From: a virus
Taxonomy: Duplodnaviria > Caudoviricetes
IMG/VR virus record: IMGVR_UViG_3300036785_000450
Span: 1 to 62,593 of that record
Strand: one strand, 5' to 3'
Length of the DNA stretch: 62,593 bases
The notes beneath the pieces were generated by a model that had not been told where the DNA came from, ran no database searches, and was given only the letters and a program-made list of their open reading frames with translations. Position numbers and translations under genes: made by a program. This document shows, one piece after another, positions 35,767 to 45,375 of the stretch (position 1 is its first letter; each line of letters opens with the position of its first letter).

Positions 35767-36023
35767 CAGGCCATCTGACCCACAGGCCCCTCGTCCACCC
35801 GTTCCACTGGGTTTTTGCCAGTGCCGATGGCGCCCATGGCTGCGTGGACCACCTTCCCGCCAATCGACCCCAGGATCTGTGCGCCAGGGATGTCGTTGAA
35901 GTCCTTCAGCATGCCGGGCAGGCCACCACCGGCACCAGCTTCGGCTCCAGCAGCCCCGGCTCCAGCCGCACCTGCTTCTCCAGCACCGGCCTCTAATGCT
36001 GCTGCTGCTGCTATCGGTGGCAT
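35766..36023 (-). CDS. Ala/Gly-rich small protein
   Basis: Leaderless TAGGCT-N6-ATG. Confidence 0.65.
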   Translation of the reverse strand: MPPIAAAAALEAGAGEAGAAGAGAAGAEAGAGGGLPGMLKDFNDIPGAQILGSIGGKVVHAAMGAIGTGKNPVERVDEGPVGQMA

Positions 36024-36035
36024 AGTACGAGCCTA

Positions 36036-36341
36036 GTGTGTGACTGGCGAGAGCCCTGTGACTGGCCGGATGCCTTCCTGATCGACCGCCGCCCCGAGCC
36101 GCCCGTGCGGGCCTGCTTCCGACACCTGGGGGTGCTGGTCTTCAGCCCGGGGGTGAACTGGCCGCTCAACCTGGCCTGGCTGGGGGGACCGGCCCTGCCT
36201 CAGGGCCTGGTCATGGCCCGGATCCGCAACTCCTGCATTATCCAGCCCTTCATGGAGACATCCCCACCGTGGATTTTCGGGGTGGTCGAGGAGGATCCCT
36301 GGGGTGACACGGGGGGGCAGGAGGCGGTGGGTAAAACTTAG
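36036..36341 (+). CDS. Hypothetical protein
   Basis: 101-aa ORF with weak support. Confidence 0.45.
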   Translation: MCDWREPCDWPDAFLIDRRPEPPVRACFRHLGVLVFSPGVNWPLNLAWLGGPALPQGLVMARIRNSCIIQPFMETSPPWIFGVVEEDPWGDTGGQEAVGKT

Positions 36342-36344
36342 GGC

Positions 36345-36812
36345 ATGGCAGAAGAACTAGAGGGGTACCAGGCCAACACCGTGGAGGAGCTTCGGGACGA
36401 GCTTCGGTCCAGAGATCTCCCCATCTCGGGTCACAAGGACGAGTTGGTGGCCCGACTGGAAGAGGATGACGCCGCCACCGCCACTGAGGAAGAGCCGAGC
36501 CAGGAGGTCGCTGTCAGAGAGGATGAGGCAAAGGCAGCGGAGGAGAACCCCGACCCGGCCAAGAGGGTCTACAGCCCCTACGAGCTTCCGGCCAATACCG
36601 CCGCCGCCCAGGCGTTCATCGACACCCACCCCGATGCCGTCGATGAGACCGTCGTCCTGCCTGATGAGCAGGTCGCTGCGGCCCAGGCCACCATCCAGGA
36701 CCACGTTGATGCCATGGCTGCGGTGGGCGTCACGGTCGAAGACCCTCGCCTGGAGGGCTACAGCCCACCAGCGCCAGAGCCGCAGGAAGAGCCTGAGAAG
36801 GAGAGTGCGTAA
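36345..36812 (+). CDS. SAP-domain acidic protein
   Basis: TVEELRDELRSRDLPISGHKDELVARL. Confidence 0.8.
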   Translation: MAEELEGYQANTVEELRDELRSRDLPISGHKDELVARLEEDDAATATEEEPSQEVAVREDEAKAAEENPDPAKRVYSPYELPANTAAAQAFIDTHPDAVDETVVLPDEQVAAAQATIQDHVDAMAAVGVTVEDPRLEGYSPPAPEPQEEPEKESA

Positions 36813-37348
36813 TGCCCCCCTACAACCCGCTCGCCAACCCCTACACCATGACCGCCAGGGAGTTGCCCAGCAACCCGGTTGCGGCTGCTGCCGTCCCGAA
36901 GTGGAACACCATCGACCCTGCAACCGGTGTCGCCTACTCCCCTGCCTCCTGGGCCGCTTCCCCCCTCGCCACCCCGAACTGGGGCGTCCAGGTGGGCACC
37001 ACCCCGGGCACGGCAGGCGCCCAGGCCACCAGCCCGGTCTGCACCGCTTCTGTCACCTGGCCCGACGCCCTCGTCGCTGACCGTCAGGCGGCGAAGATAC
37101 CCACGGTCACGGGCCTCAGCCTTGCCACCACTCTCCATGGAGTCGCCGTCCCGGTCACCATCACCGGCTACGGCTTCACCGGAGCCACGGCCGTGAACAT
37201 CGGCGGCGCCTGCACCTCCGTGGTGGTGGTCAACGACAGCACCATCACCTGTGTCACGCCTGCGGCGTCAGTGGCGGGCGTTGCCAGCGTGGTGGTGACC
37301 ACACCGGCAGGTGCTGGCACCCTGACCGGCGCCATGACCTACACCTAG
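36812..37348 (+). CDS. IPT/TIG-domain virion protein
   Basis: PTVTGLS...VTITGYGFTGATAV.IGG...VVNDSTITCVTPA. Confidence 0.8.
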   Translation: MPPYNPLANPYTMTARELPSNPVAAAAVPKWNTIDPATGVAYSPASWAASPLATPNWGVQVGTTPGTAGAQATSPVCTASVTWPDALVADRQAAKIPTVTGLSLATTLHGVAVPVTITGYGFTGATAVNIGGACTSVVVVNDSTITCVTPAASVAGVASVVVTTPAGAGTLTGAMTYT

Positions 37349-37545
37349 TGGTCCAGCGGGGCATCATCACCTCCCAGGTACTACATCCCTCAGGGCGTAG
37401 CTTCCTGGTGGAAGACGCCAGCGGTCCTCCCTGTTACCGGGACCGCTGGGGGGAGTGGGTCTGTGGTCACGACCACAACCCCTCAGTGGGCCTGGAGGAC
37501 GCCTACCAGCTACTTGAGGGCTGGACCGCCCAGAGCGGGCTGTAG
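37348..37545 (+). CDS. Hypothetical protein
   Basis: 65 aa, TAGTG coupling. Confidence 0.5.
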   Translation: MVQRGIITSQVLHPSGRSFLVEDASGPPCYRDRWGEWVCGHDHNPSVGLEDAYQLLEGWTAQSGL

Positions 37546-37570
37546 GGGGTCACAGACCGCTACAGCGACT

Positions 37571-37846
37571 CTAGAGGCCCTCAGGGGCCTCTTCCGCCGC
37601 CTGGTTATCAGCCACCTGACGAGCTAGCTGATGCTGGAAGCTCAAAATAGCCTCGGCCGTCTTGAGGCCCTGAAAATCAGCCAGCACGTTGGCACAGGCC
37701 GGGTAGATGTCCTTGGGACTGGCCTCCCGCTGAGCCACGAACCGCTGAGCCGGGTTCAAGATGGCGCGTGAGGAGCCGTCGAGGTCCACGACCACGATGA
37801 ACAGGCACAGCACCTGCTCCGGCTCCGGGTCGGATCCGTTCATCAT
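37571..37846 (-). CDS. Hypothetical protein
   Basis: 91 aa, TGATG coupling. Confidence 0.7.
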   Translation of the reverse strand: MMNGSDPEPEQVLCLFIVVVDLDGSSRAILNPAQRFVAQREASPKDIYPACANVLADFQGLKTAEAILSFQHQLARQVADNQAAEEAPEGL

Positions 37847-38412
37847 CAGTCAGTCTCGCCTGGCTGACGGTCATAGATCCCCAGAGCCAATCGCTGGGCT
37901 GTTTTCACCGAAGAGGCTACTGGACAAAAATCGCAGAGGTAGACGTTCCTACCCTTCCAGTCATGGGGGGTGACCCGCCGGTAGTCGGCCTGCCAGTCGA
38001 TGCAGTCAGCCCCTTGGGGACGACGGTGCAGGTTGTAGCACCGCATGGCGTCCTCTTGGAAGGTGTCCTTGGTGGCGTAGAACTCAGGGTCAAAGCCGGT
38101 CCAGCGCTCCCCCAGGCCCTTCAGGATGTCGTCGCGGTGACCCTCCCAGAAGGTGTGTCGACCCTGAACCCTTGGGCGGCTCGCCACCGATGCACCCCTC
38201 AGGTCCACCATCTTCTTCTCGTCACAGGTGCAGGGATCCTCTGACGCCACCAGGAGAGCGGCAGCGTCAGGCCGCATGGCGCCGTGCTTCTGGACGTGGC
38301 GACGCACCACGTTGTCCAGGATGGGATCCTGAGCCTCTAGCTCCTTGGGACCGTCATAGAGGGGGAGTTCCTCGATGGTCTGGCACTCCCGGCATACGAG
38401 CAGTCTCGGAAT
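37846..38412 (-). CDS. Cys-rich protein; likely non-canonical ATT start
   Basis: Frame is open 34 codons upstream of the track's GTG (IPRLLVCRECQTIEELP); C...H.RP...C.DW and YLCDFCPV. Confidence 0.7.
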   Translation of the reverse strand: MPRLLVCRECQTIEELPLYDGPKELEAQDPILDNVVRRHVQKHGAMRPDAAALLVASEDPCTCDEKKMVDLRGASVASRPRVQGRHTFWEGHRDDILKGLGERWTGFDPEFYATKDTFQEDAMRCYNLHRRPQGADCIDWQADYRRVTPHDWKGRNVYLCDFCPVASSVKTAQRLALGIYDRQPGETD

Positions 38413-38661
38413 CTAGATCATCTCCCCACCAGGAGCGAACCCGGCGTCATGGGCGAAGCGGCCGTCCGGGGTGCGCTTCTGAGCGGCCTCGGCCACGCCG
38501 TAGCCACCGTAGCCATGGTTCAGCGCCACCCTGTCAGCCCGCTGAAGGCGCCGATCAGGGTCGGGGTAGTTGGATCGATCACGAACGATGCGCTTGTAGG
38601 TGCCGTCCACCATGCCTTCCAGCAACTCGGCGTTCATCGAGCGGTCTCGGAATGTAGCCAT
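38413..38661 (-). CDS. Hypothetical protein
   Basis: AGGAG RBS; RSMNAELLEG..DG.YK. Confidence 0.75.
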   Translation of the reverse strand: MATFRDRSMNAELLEGMVDGTYKRIVRDRSNYPDPDRRLQRADRVALNHGYGGYGVAEAAQKRTPDGRFAHDAGFAPGGEMI

Positions 38662-38670
38662 GTGAGTCTC

Positions 38671-39225
38671 CTAAGGGGTCCAACGCCGGAGGTCGGGATT
38701 CTTCCTGGAGGTCGTCGTCTGGGCCGTGCCGTAATCACCGGGACCAAACGGATCCTCGTTCCTAGGACGACGCTTGGGCGTGCCGACAATGCGACGGACG
38801 TAGTCCCGGTTCTCCTGGCCCGCCTGCTTGGCACGCTTTGCCGTCTCGATGTCTTCCAGATCCTGCTCCGAACCAGCAGGGGGAGCACCTTTCGGACCAC
38901 GAGGAGGACGAACGCCACCACCACCCCAAGGACCGCCAGGAGCACTGGGGCCACCCCGTGGAGGCTGAGATCTGCCAGGACCGAGCATCTTGCCCTGGAC
39001 CGCCCCCCCTATCGCGGGCACCTCGTCATCGTTGAAGTCCCGGACCTTTTCCCGGGCAGTAGCGGCCGCTCCGAGAAGAGGCGCACCGATGTCACCCAGG
39101 AGGTGAAGGGCAGGAGACAAGCCTACGATCCGGCCGGGACTGGGTCCAGGGGACGGGGCGAGGCTCTCGATGGGACCGACCCCGGTGGGCGTTCCTGAGT
39201 AGCTGCGAAAAATTGTCGCTGCCAT
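38671..39225 (-). CDS. Pro/Gly-rich hypothetical protein
   Basis: AGGAG RBS. Confidence 0.7.
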   Translation of the reverse strand: MAATIFRSYSGTPTGVGPIESLAPSPGPSPGRIVGLSPALHLLGDIGAPLLGAAATAREKVRDFNDDEVPAIGGAVQGKMLGPGRSQPPRGGPSAPGGPWGGGGVRPPRGPKGAPPAGSEQDLEDIETAKRAKQAGQENRDYVRRIVGTPKRRPRNEDPFGPGDYGTAQTTTSRKNPDLRRWTP

Positions 39226-39240
39226 GGCTCTCCTACCTCG

Positions 39241-39627
39241 TCACCATACGTCCGCGACACCCACGTTACGCGCTGCCCCCTGCCAGCCAGCAACACCGCC
39301 GGAGAGGTCGTAGCGCCGGGTCTGGAACACCCGCTGAGCGTCGAGCACCTGATCCATGTCGGACTGGCGCTCCTGGTAGCTGGGGAACCCCCACCGGGGT
39401 GGGAAGGGCATGCCCAGGGTGGCGATGCGGGGGCGCACATCAGCCACTAGCTCCTGCCCAGGGATCATGGCCGTCCTCAGGGCAGCGGTGACCAGTAGCT
39501 CCTGGGAGGAATAGTTGGGACCAAGTTCCTGGTAAATATCCCCACTAGACATCAACCGCTGGTTGGAAGACGGCAGCACCGGCATGACCGGCAGACTGCC
39601 AAGTGTTCGATCAGCCGAAAGGCTCAT
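39241..39627 (-). CDS. Hypothetical protein
   Basis: Start re-called to MSLSADR. Confidence 0.7.
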   Translation of the reverse strand: MSLSADRTLGSLPVMPVLPSSNQRLMSSGDIYQELGPNYSSQELLVTAALRTAMIPGQELVADVRPRIATLGMPFPPRWGFPSYQERQSDMDQVLDAQRVFQTRRYDLSGGVAGWQGAARNVGVADVW

Positions 39628-39637
39628 GGTCGTCTTT

Positions 39638-42406
39638 CTATGATGAGGTGGCCGGGCCGATGTCCTCGACCCAGATACTGGTACCGCCAGCCGCTGAGAC
39701 AGTGTTCCCACTGACCTGTTGAGCCACCCCAAGGCCGATAGTCCAACTATGACTGGCGGAATCGGTGGTAGTGATGATTCCGTAAATGGTAAGCGCCAAG
39801 TATCTGGTCGACCCCGCATATATCGAAGCTTGGGAACCAGTGAGAACGGTTGCGGTACTGCTGTCCTGGCAGATGGTACAACGTGATTCTGCCCCCACGA
39901 CCGTGGCAGCGACCAGACAACTGGCCGTAATCTTGAGTCGTCGGTTGGGCACTGTCTGGCATGACACGGTGGTACCAGGGATCAGGGTCAGGGTGGTCCC
40001 GATTGATCCGCTGTTGGCGCCCAGGATAGCGTAGGGGACACTGGGTGACAGCGGCTGGCCCCATGCCACCAGCCACGGCTGTGGCGAACCTGCTGGACCC
40101 TGCGGTCCGGTGGCTCCTGTCGCTCCTGTCGTCCCAGTTGGTCCGGTCGCTCCGGTTGCTCCTGCCGGACCTTGTGGTCCGGTCGGTCCTGTCGGTCCAG
40201 TTACACCTTGAATCCCTTGCAGTCCTGTCGTCCCGGTCGCCCCAGTGGGGCCTGTCGGTCCAGGGACAGTGGAGGCTGCCCCTGTCGGTCCGGTCGGTCC
40301 GGTTGCCCCTGTCGGTCCTATGGCTCCCGAAGCCCCTGTCGGACCGGGAACGACGGAGGCTGCCCCTGTCGGTCCAGTCGGTCCTATGGCTCCCGTGGGG
40401 CCTGTCGGACCAGGAATAACAGAAGCTGCCCCTGTCACTCCGGTTGGTCCGGTTGGCCCTGTCGGTCCGGTCAGACCGATGGCCCCTGTCGATCCAGTAG
40501 GGCCAACCGGACCTCCACCACCGACGAGGTCGATGGTCAGGTAGGTATTTAACGTGTTGACGGTGCAACTAAGGGCAGCTTGCGCCCACGCTTGGCAACT
40601 GATGGTGTCTCCAGCGTTGCACTGAAGGGTGTCAACCGCCTGCGCCCACAGGAACTCACTTGCAGCAGTCGAATACGCAGAATAGTTCTGGACAGAAGCC
40701 ACACCATTATGGACAATGTAAAGACAAAGTACTTGGTTGGCGGCGGTGCTTGAAGCCGCGATCTGGAAGACCACAGCGTACCGGCCACCACGAGGCACGG
40801 TGTAGACACCAGCACTGAAGCCGGAGTCGGTATCCCAGTCCACCGTGTCCATGACAAAGGACGTGGCAACCGTAGGCATGGTGTAGAAAGCAGTGCGGTG
40901 AGCACGCAGGTTAACAGTGGGTGTAGCCGTGCCTGGTAGACCGGCTGACCCCGTCGGACCGGTTGGTCCGGTAGCGCCGGTAGCGCCGGTAGCGCCTGTT
41001 CCAGGTGGTCCTGTGGCGCCGGTTGGACCAGTAGGTCCGGGCACTGAGGACGCCGCCCCAGTTGGTCCGGTAGCGCCTGTAGTTCCAGTCGCACCAGTTG
41101 GCCCAGTGGGACCAATAGGTCCGACAGGACCGCCACCCCCGACCAGATCAATGGTAGCAAAGGAACTATTACCGCTGTTATTGAGAGTAAGACCAGCAAC
41201 ATTCGATGCACACTGGAAAGCAATGGTGTCACCAGCATTGCAGGTAAGGGTGTCGACAACACGGGCATTCAACCATATGCTGGTAGTACTTGACGAGTAC
41301 GAGGAAAAACCCTGTGCTGTAACCGTACCGTTCTTAAGAATAGAGACGGCGGCGTAGTTACTAATGGCCGCACCAGAACCGGTGAATATCTGGAACACGA
41401 CTTTGTACCGACCAGCACTGGGGATAGTGATGACACCAGTACCAGTATTGAGCATGGAGTTGGTGTCCCAATCGGCTGTGTCCATCGGGAGCGTGGACGC
41501 AGCGGGACTGGACAAGGGGTAAGCGGCAGCACGGTGAGCCCGTAGGTTGATGGTAGGTGTAGCCGTACCCGGTAGACCGGTAGGTCCGGTAGGTCCCGCC
41601 GGTCCGACTGGTCCTGTTGCCCCGGATGCTCCGGGTGGTCCTGTCGTCCCTGGTGCTCCTGTTGATCCAGGAATCCCTTGAGCACCCGCTGGACCGGCAG
41701 GCCCAACCGATAACAGATCGATGGCGATGTAGGTGTTCGCACCGCCGGGTTCGCCAGGGATGGCAGGAGTAGACCACGCTGTAGTAGAGAGCGTGTCTCC
41801 GACCTGACAATCGACCGTGTCAACGACCTGCGCCCAGATGTACTCCAGCGTTGTGGTTGTCGAGTAGGCCGAGTAGTTCTGCGAACAGCCCACTCCGTTG
41901 TGCTGAAGGTAAATACCTATCGAGGCATTTGCCACATTAGATGCACCGGACACCTGATACACGACTTGGTATTTACCGGCCTGAGGGCAGGTATAGACAC
42001 CCGTGCTGGAGTTATAGCGACTGTCGGTATCCCAGTCGACAGTATTGAGACTGAAAGGCGCATTAGGGGTGGTACTGAGCGTCCAGTCAAGGGAGCGGTG
42101 TGCCCGCATGCTGACGATGCTTGAACCTGCACCACCGCCACCGCCCCCACCCCCACCTGACTGAGGAAAGTACGTGGGGTAGGAGGGATCACCACCCTGG
42201 AAAATGCACCAGACGGTGTCACCCACCTTGGGCTGCGGCGCAGACGACTGGAGGGAGGGTGCCCAGATGCGGACTGGTTGAGAGCCGAAGATCTGGGGGA
42301 TCCACATCTGGATGCGGCCCTGATTCCCGGGGTCATTGATGGCGTAGACCTTGGCGGCGTATACACCAGCGTAGGTGGACGTAGTCGGGGGCGAGCTAAG
42401 AGACAT
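39638..42406 (-). CDS. Baseplate spike (gpV/gp5 OB-fold) fused to three C1q-like domains and collagen-like repeats
   Basis: YAGVY.AKV...NDP..GRI...IPQIFG...[18 protein letters not shown]; three RAHR...DWDT...G.Y.V domains; long GxT/GPT runs. Confidence 0.85.
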   Translation of the reverse strand: MSLSSPPTTSTYAGVYAAKVYAINDPGNQGRIQMWIPQIFGSQPVRIWAPSLQSSAPQPKVGDTVWCIFQGGDPSYPTYFPQSGGGGGGGGGAGSSIVSMRAHRSLDWTLSTTPNAPFSLNTVDWDTDSRYNSSTGVYTCPQAGKYQVVYQVSGASNVANASIGIYLQHNGVGCSQNYSAYSTTTTLEYIWAQVVDTVDCQVGDTLSTTAWSTPAIPGEPGGANTYIAIDLLSVGPAGPAGAQGIPGSTGAPGTTGPPGASGATGPVGPAGPTGPTGLPGTATPTINLRAHRAAAYPLSSPAASTLPMDTADWDTNSMLNTGTGVITIPSAGRYKVVFQIFTGSGAAISNYAAVSILKNGTVTAQGFSSYSSSTTSIWLNARVVDTLTCNAGDTIAFQCASNVAGLTLNNSGNSSFATIDLVGGGGPVGPIGPTGPTGATGTTGATGPTGAASSVPGPTGPTGATGPPGTGATGATGATGPTGPTGSAGLPGTATPTVNLRAHRTAFYTMPTVATSFVMDTVDWDTDSGFSAGVYTVPRGGRYAVVFQIAASSTAANQVLCLYIVHNGVASVQNYSAYSTAASEFLWAQAVDTLQCNAGDTISCQAWAQAALSCTVNTLNTYLTIDLVGGGGPVGPTGSTGAIGLTGPTGPTGPTGVTGAASVIPGPTGPTGAIGPTGPTGAASVVPGPTGASGAIGPTGATGPTGPTGAASTVPGPTGPTGATGTTGLQGIQGVTGPTGPTGPQGPAGATGATGPTGTTGATGATGPQGPAGSPQPWLVAWGQPLSPSVPYAILGANSGSIGTTLTLIPGTTVSCQTVPNRRLKITASCLVAATVVGAESRCTICQDSSTATVLTGSQASIYAGSTRYLALTIYGIITTTDSASHSWTIGLGVAQQVSGNTVSAAGGTSIWVEDIGPATSS

Positions 42407-43586
42407 CGAAGTTGCTCTGGGAGGCGGCCCGCCAGCGCCTGTTGATCAGTCGGGTGGCGGGCGCATTTATGATGGAGTAGGCGAAGGGATTCTGGGGACT
42501 GTAGGCCACCCCGGGCGCCTGGGTGGGAAGGCGGCCGGTGTCCCCCAGAGAGTCACGCCCGAGGCACACGTCCATGGCGTAGCCCTCCGAGAGGATCTTG
42601 TGCGTGACCTCCTGGACCCACCACATGCCGTCGTGGCTGGTGTCGATTCCCTGGAGCACGATGGGCATGCCCTGGCGCACTGAGGTTCTTCCACTGAGCG
42701 TCGCCGTGGCCTGGTAGTGGAACCGGTTGGCCTGGGTCATACCAGCCAGGATCGTCTGGGCGTGCGCTTGGCTGGTCACCACCTGATCCGAGATCTGCTG
42801 GCCGAAGAAGGGGTAGGTCGAACTCTGACCTAGCTGGCTGGGCAGACTGCTTCCATCATCCACGGCACCGATGATCTGACCTGATGAGTCCAGGCCAGAG
42901 AGCCTGCGGATGGCCTTCTGATGGCCGGGGATGGGCAGCGCCTCACCCTGGACAGTGCTGAACCGGGTGATGGACTGGTCGGAATATGCTGGGGCGCTGT
43001 TTCGGGTATGGAAGACCTGCATACCTGACCAGTACTGCCGCAAGCCGAAGTCAGCAGAAGTGAAACGGATCTGACTCTTGTTGCACGCAAGGCTGTAGCC
43101 CACCTTTGCCGCTAGCTGGGACAGGAAGCTCCAGGCGGAATCACCAGGGCTGGCGAGTGACGGCCAGAAGTCGTCGTCATCCTCCACCAGAGTGGAGAGG
43201 AAGTACTGCTTTGCCACCTGTTTCACGACCGATGAGGCTTGGATGTTGGTCCAGGCGCCGACGAACGGATCCTTGAGGGCATAGCTCACCCCCATGCAGA
43301 TCACGTCCTCGTACGTGACACCGGTCGTGACGGCACGGTCATAATGGTTCTCGACATGATCAATGTAGCCGTAGAACATCTCCACATCCATCGGATGCCA
43401 GCCGTACTGCATGACCACCGGGATGCCAGGCTGTAGCTCTGGTACATCCAGCGGCTCATTCCGCAGGGTGATCAGAGCCGTGTCATGCATGCCCTCCGAC
43501 ATCATGATCTTGACATGATGCACGATCTTCTGGGCGTTGATCCCACCAGGGTCAAAGGTCGGGTACGCACCGGGCGTGATCGTCAC
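42396..43586 (-). CDS. Baseplate hub (gp27/late control D-like)
   Basis: HD.A.I, QYGW...[25 protein letters not shown]; gene position. Confidence 0.75.
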   Translation of the reverse strand: MTITPGAYPTFDPGGINAQKIVHHVKIMMSEGMHDTALITLRNEPLDVPELQPGIPVVMQYGWHPMDVEMFYGYIDHVENHYDRAVTTGVTYEDVICMGVSYALKDPFVGAWTNIQASSVVKQVAKQYFLSTLVEDDDDFWPSLASPGDSAWSFLSQLAAKVGYSLACNKSQIRFTSADFGLRQYWSGMQVFHTRNSAPAYSDQSITRFSTVQGEALPIPGHQKAIRRLSGLDSSGQIIGAVDDGSSLPSQLGQSSTYPFFGQQISDQVVTSQAHAQTILAGMTQANRFHYQATATLSGRTSVRQGMPIVLQGIDTSHDGMWWVQEVTHKILSEGYAMDVCLGRDSLGDTGRLPTQAPGVAYSPQNPFAYSIINAPATRLINRRWRAASQSNFDVS

Positions 43587-43858
43587 GTCGGGATCCTGAT
43601 GATGGAGCCGACCACCAGGTCTTGCGGATACCAGACCTCCGGGTTGGCATCCGCGATGCGCCACCAGTAGCTGGAGCCACCGTAGACCTGGGCGGCGATG
43701 AGATCGAGACGATCCCCACTCTTCACGGTGTAGTAGGTGAAGGCGCTCGTCAACAGGTTGGGAAGCCCGGAGCGATAGACGGCTCGCGTCTTGGTGTTAT
43801 CACTGGTGGTCACCGCCACCACGGGATGACCGAAGTAGCGGGAGCCGGTGATGATCAT
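43583..43858 (-). CDS. LysM/tail X-like baseplate protein
   Basis: YTVKSGDRLDLIAAQVYG..WWRIADANP...IIRIP. Confidence 0.9.
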   Translation of the reverse strand: MIITGSRYFGHPVVAVTTSDNTKTRAVYRSGLPNLLTSAFTYYTVKSGDRLDLIAAQVYGGSSYWWRIADANPEVWYPQDLVVGSIIRIPT

Positions 43859-45375
43859 CCTCTGAACGCCTTCGGGTTGTTGAAGCCAGAAGGCTGTCCA
43901 GGAGCGAGAATGGTACCGCCCTGACCTTGCGGAAAGTTGTCTGGACCGTTGATCAAGGGGTTCATGATGTCAGCGCCCGCCAGGAAGGGCAGATACACCT
44001 TCATGACTCCGACGTCGCAGGTCGCCTCGATGGGGACCATATCCTTGGAGAACAGGGTGTAGTTGTAGTTGAAGGTGGAGATCAGGCCTTGGAACTGATA
44101 GGACTTGTCTCCCCCGAACACGACCTGAAGAGGCATTGCCTGAGGTGGCCGGGAACCGGCACCATTAATGCCCAGGCCAGCGTTTCCTGACAGCGTCTTG
44201 CTGTTGGGATACAACTGGTCAGCGTCATACATCCCCATCAGTCGCTCTATAGCCCTGATGTCCCAACGACACCCGATGTCAGAGGGACCAGGCCCACCGT
44301 CCTTGGGGTTCTTGTAGCCCCCCATGAATACCTCGTACATGCGGTTGAAGATCAGCGAGAAGCTGATGGACTGTTGCGACACCCAGTAGGGTCCGACCTG
44401 GAGCGCAGTGGGGTCAGTCTGGGATGGAGCAGTGGCGTCTGCGGTGATCGAGCAGTCAACCGAGATGTTCAGTGGGTTCATCATGAAGTAGCAGGCGAAT
44501 GGACCACCCTTACGTGCCTTGAAGGTGCCCTTCGACGGATCACCACTGCTGGAGGTGGTGTTGGTGTCGTACATCAGTTCCGACATCCCGCCCCGTATCA
44601 GAAGTTGATTGGGCATATACCCAAAACCGCCCGCCGCATTGCCCGCTGTCACCTTGCCTGCGAACTGAGGAGAGAACGGAAGATTGTTCCGAGGGTCAGG
44701 ATAATCCCAGGTACCGGCAGTCTGGGCAGCCTTCTTGCCCTCATCTGTGGTGAGGTCAGGGAGCTTGCCTACTGTCTGCTTGAAGTTCGGGAACGCCTTG
44801 CTGTAGCCGGTGCCGGTCGTGCTGTTGTTACTGGCACCGCTGCCACCGCCACCACCGCCGCCTCCTCCACCGGGACCGGTCGTACTACCCCCACCTGAGG
44901 CACGCTTGACCCCCCGGATAGGCTCCCTGCTGTCGCCCTGGAGATCCAAGCCAACAATCCTGACCACCTGACCGGTGTAGGGGGCCTCGATCATCTGCCC
45001 GCCCCCGGCGTACATCCTGACGTGAGCGTTCTCACCATCGTTCCCAGGAAGGAAGTAGAGGACGAGATCCCCCACCTCCAACTGGCTGGCGAGGTCGGCC
45101 GCACTAGGCTGGCCGGGTAGGGGGTTGACGGCGTCGTAGAGGGTGAACAGCGATGTCTGGTTGTTCCACTGATCAGTGGTGGTGCGCCCGATCTGCAAGT
45201 GCGGACCCTGGGCGTACGAGTAGACCATGAGACCGGAGCAGTCAAACGTGTTCGGTCCCTGAGACCCGTACACATAGGGTTTCCCCAACTGCTCCTGAGC
45301 TATCGCGAACGCCTGATCACCAGGCTTTCCAGTACCAACGTCGATGGCCGAGGTGGCGGTGGTGGCAGACATCAC
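43855..45375 (-). CDS. NlpC/P60 peptidase fused to a tube-initiator-like domain
   Basis: QLGKPYVYG..GP..FDCSGL, H..MYAG.G.MIEAP; C-terminal F.MNP..I...F.L.FNR. Confidence 0.85.
   Translation of the reverse strand: MMSATTATSAIDVGTGKPGDQAFAIAQEQLGKPYVYGSQGPNTFDCSGLMVYSYAQGPHLQIGRTTTDQWNNQTSLFTLYDAVNPLPGQPSAADLASQLEVGDLVLYFLPGNDGENAHVRMYAGGGQMIEAPYTGQVVRIVGLDLQGDSREPIRGVKRASGGGSTTGPGGGGGGGGGGSGASNNSTTGTGYSKAFPNFKQTVGKLPDLTTDEGKKAAQTAGTWDYPDPRNNLPFSPQFAGKVTAGNAAGGFGYMPNQLLIRGGMSELMYDTNTTSSSGDPSKGTFKARKGGPFACYFMMNPLNISVDCSITADATAPSQTDPTALQVGPYWVSQQSISFSLIFNRMYEVFMGGYKNPKDGGPGPSDIGCRWDIRAIERLMGMYDADQLYPNSKTLSGNAGLGINGAGSRPPQAMPLQVVFGGDKSYQFQGLISTFNYNYTLFSKDMVPIEATCDVGVMKVYLPFLAGADIMNPLINGPDNFPQGQGGTILAPGQPSGFNNPKAFRG

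Noticed and set aside
39638-42406. Diversity-generating retroelement template/variable repeats
   Set aside because: The three C1q-like copies differ at all base types and there is no reverse transcriptase in the window.
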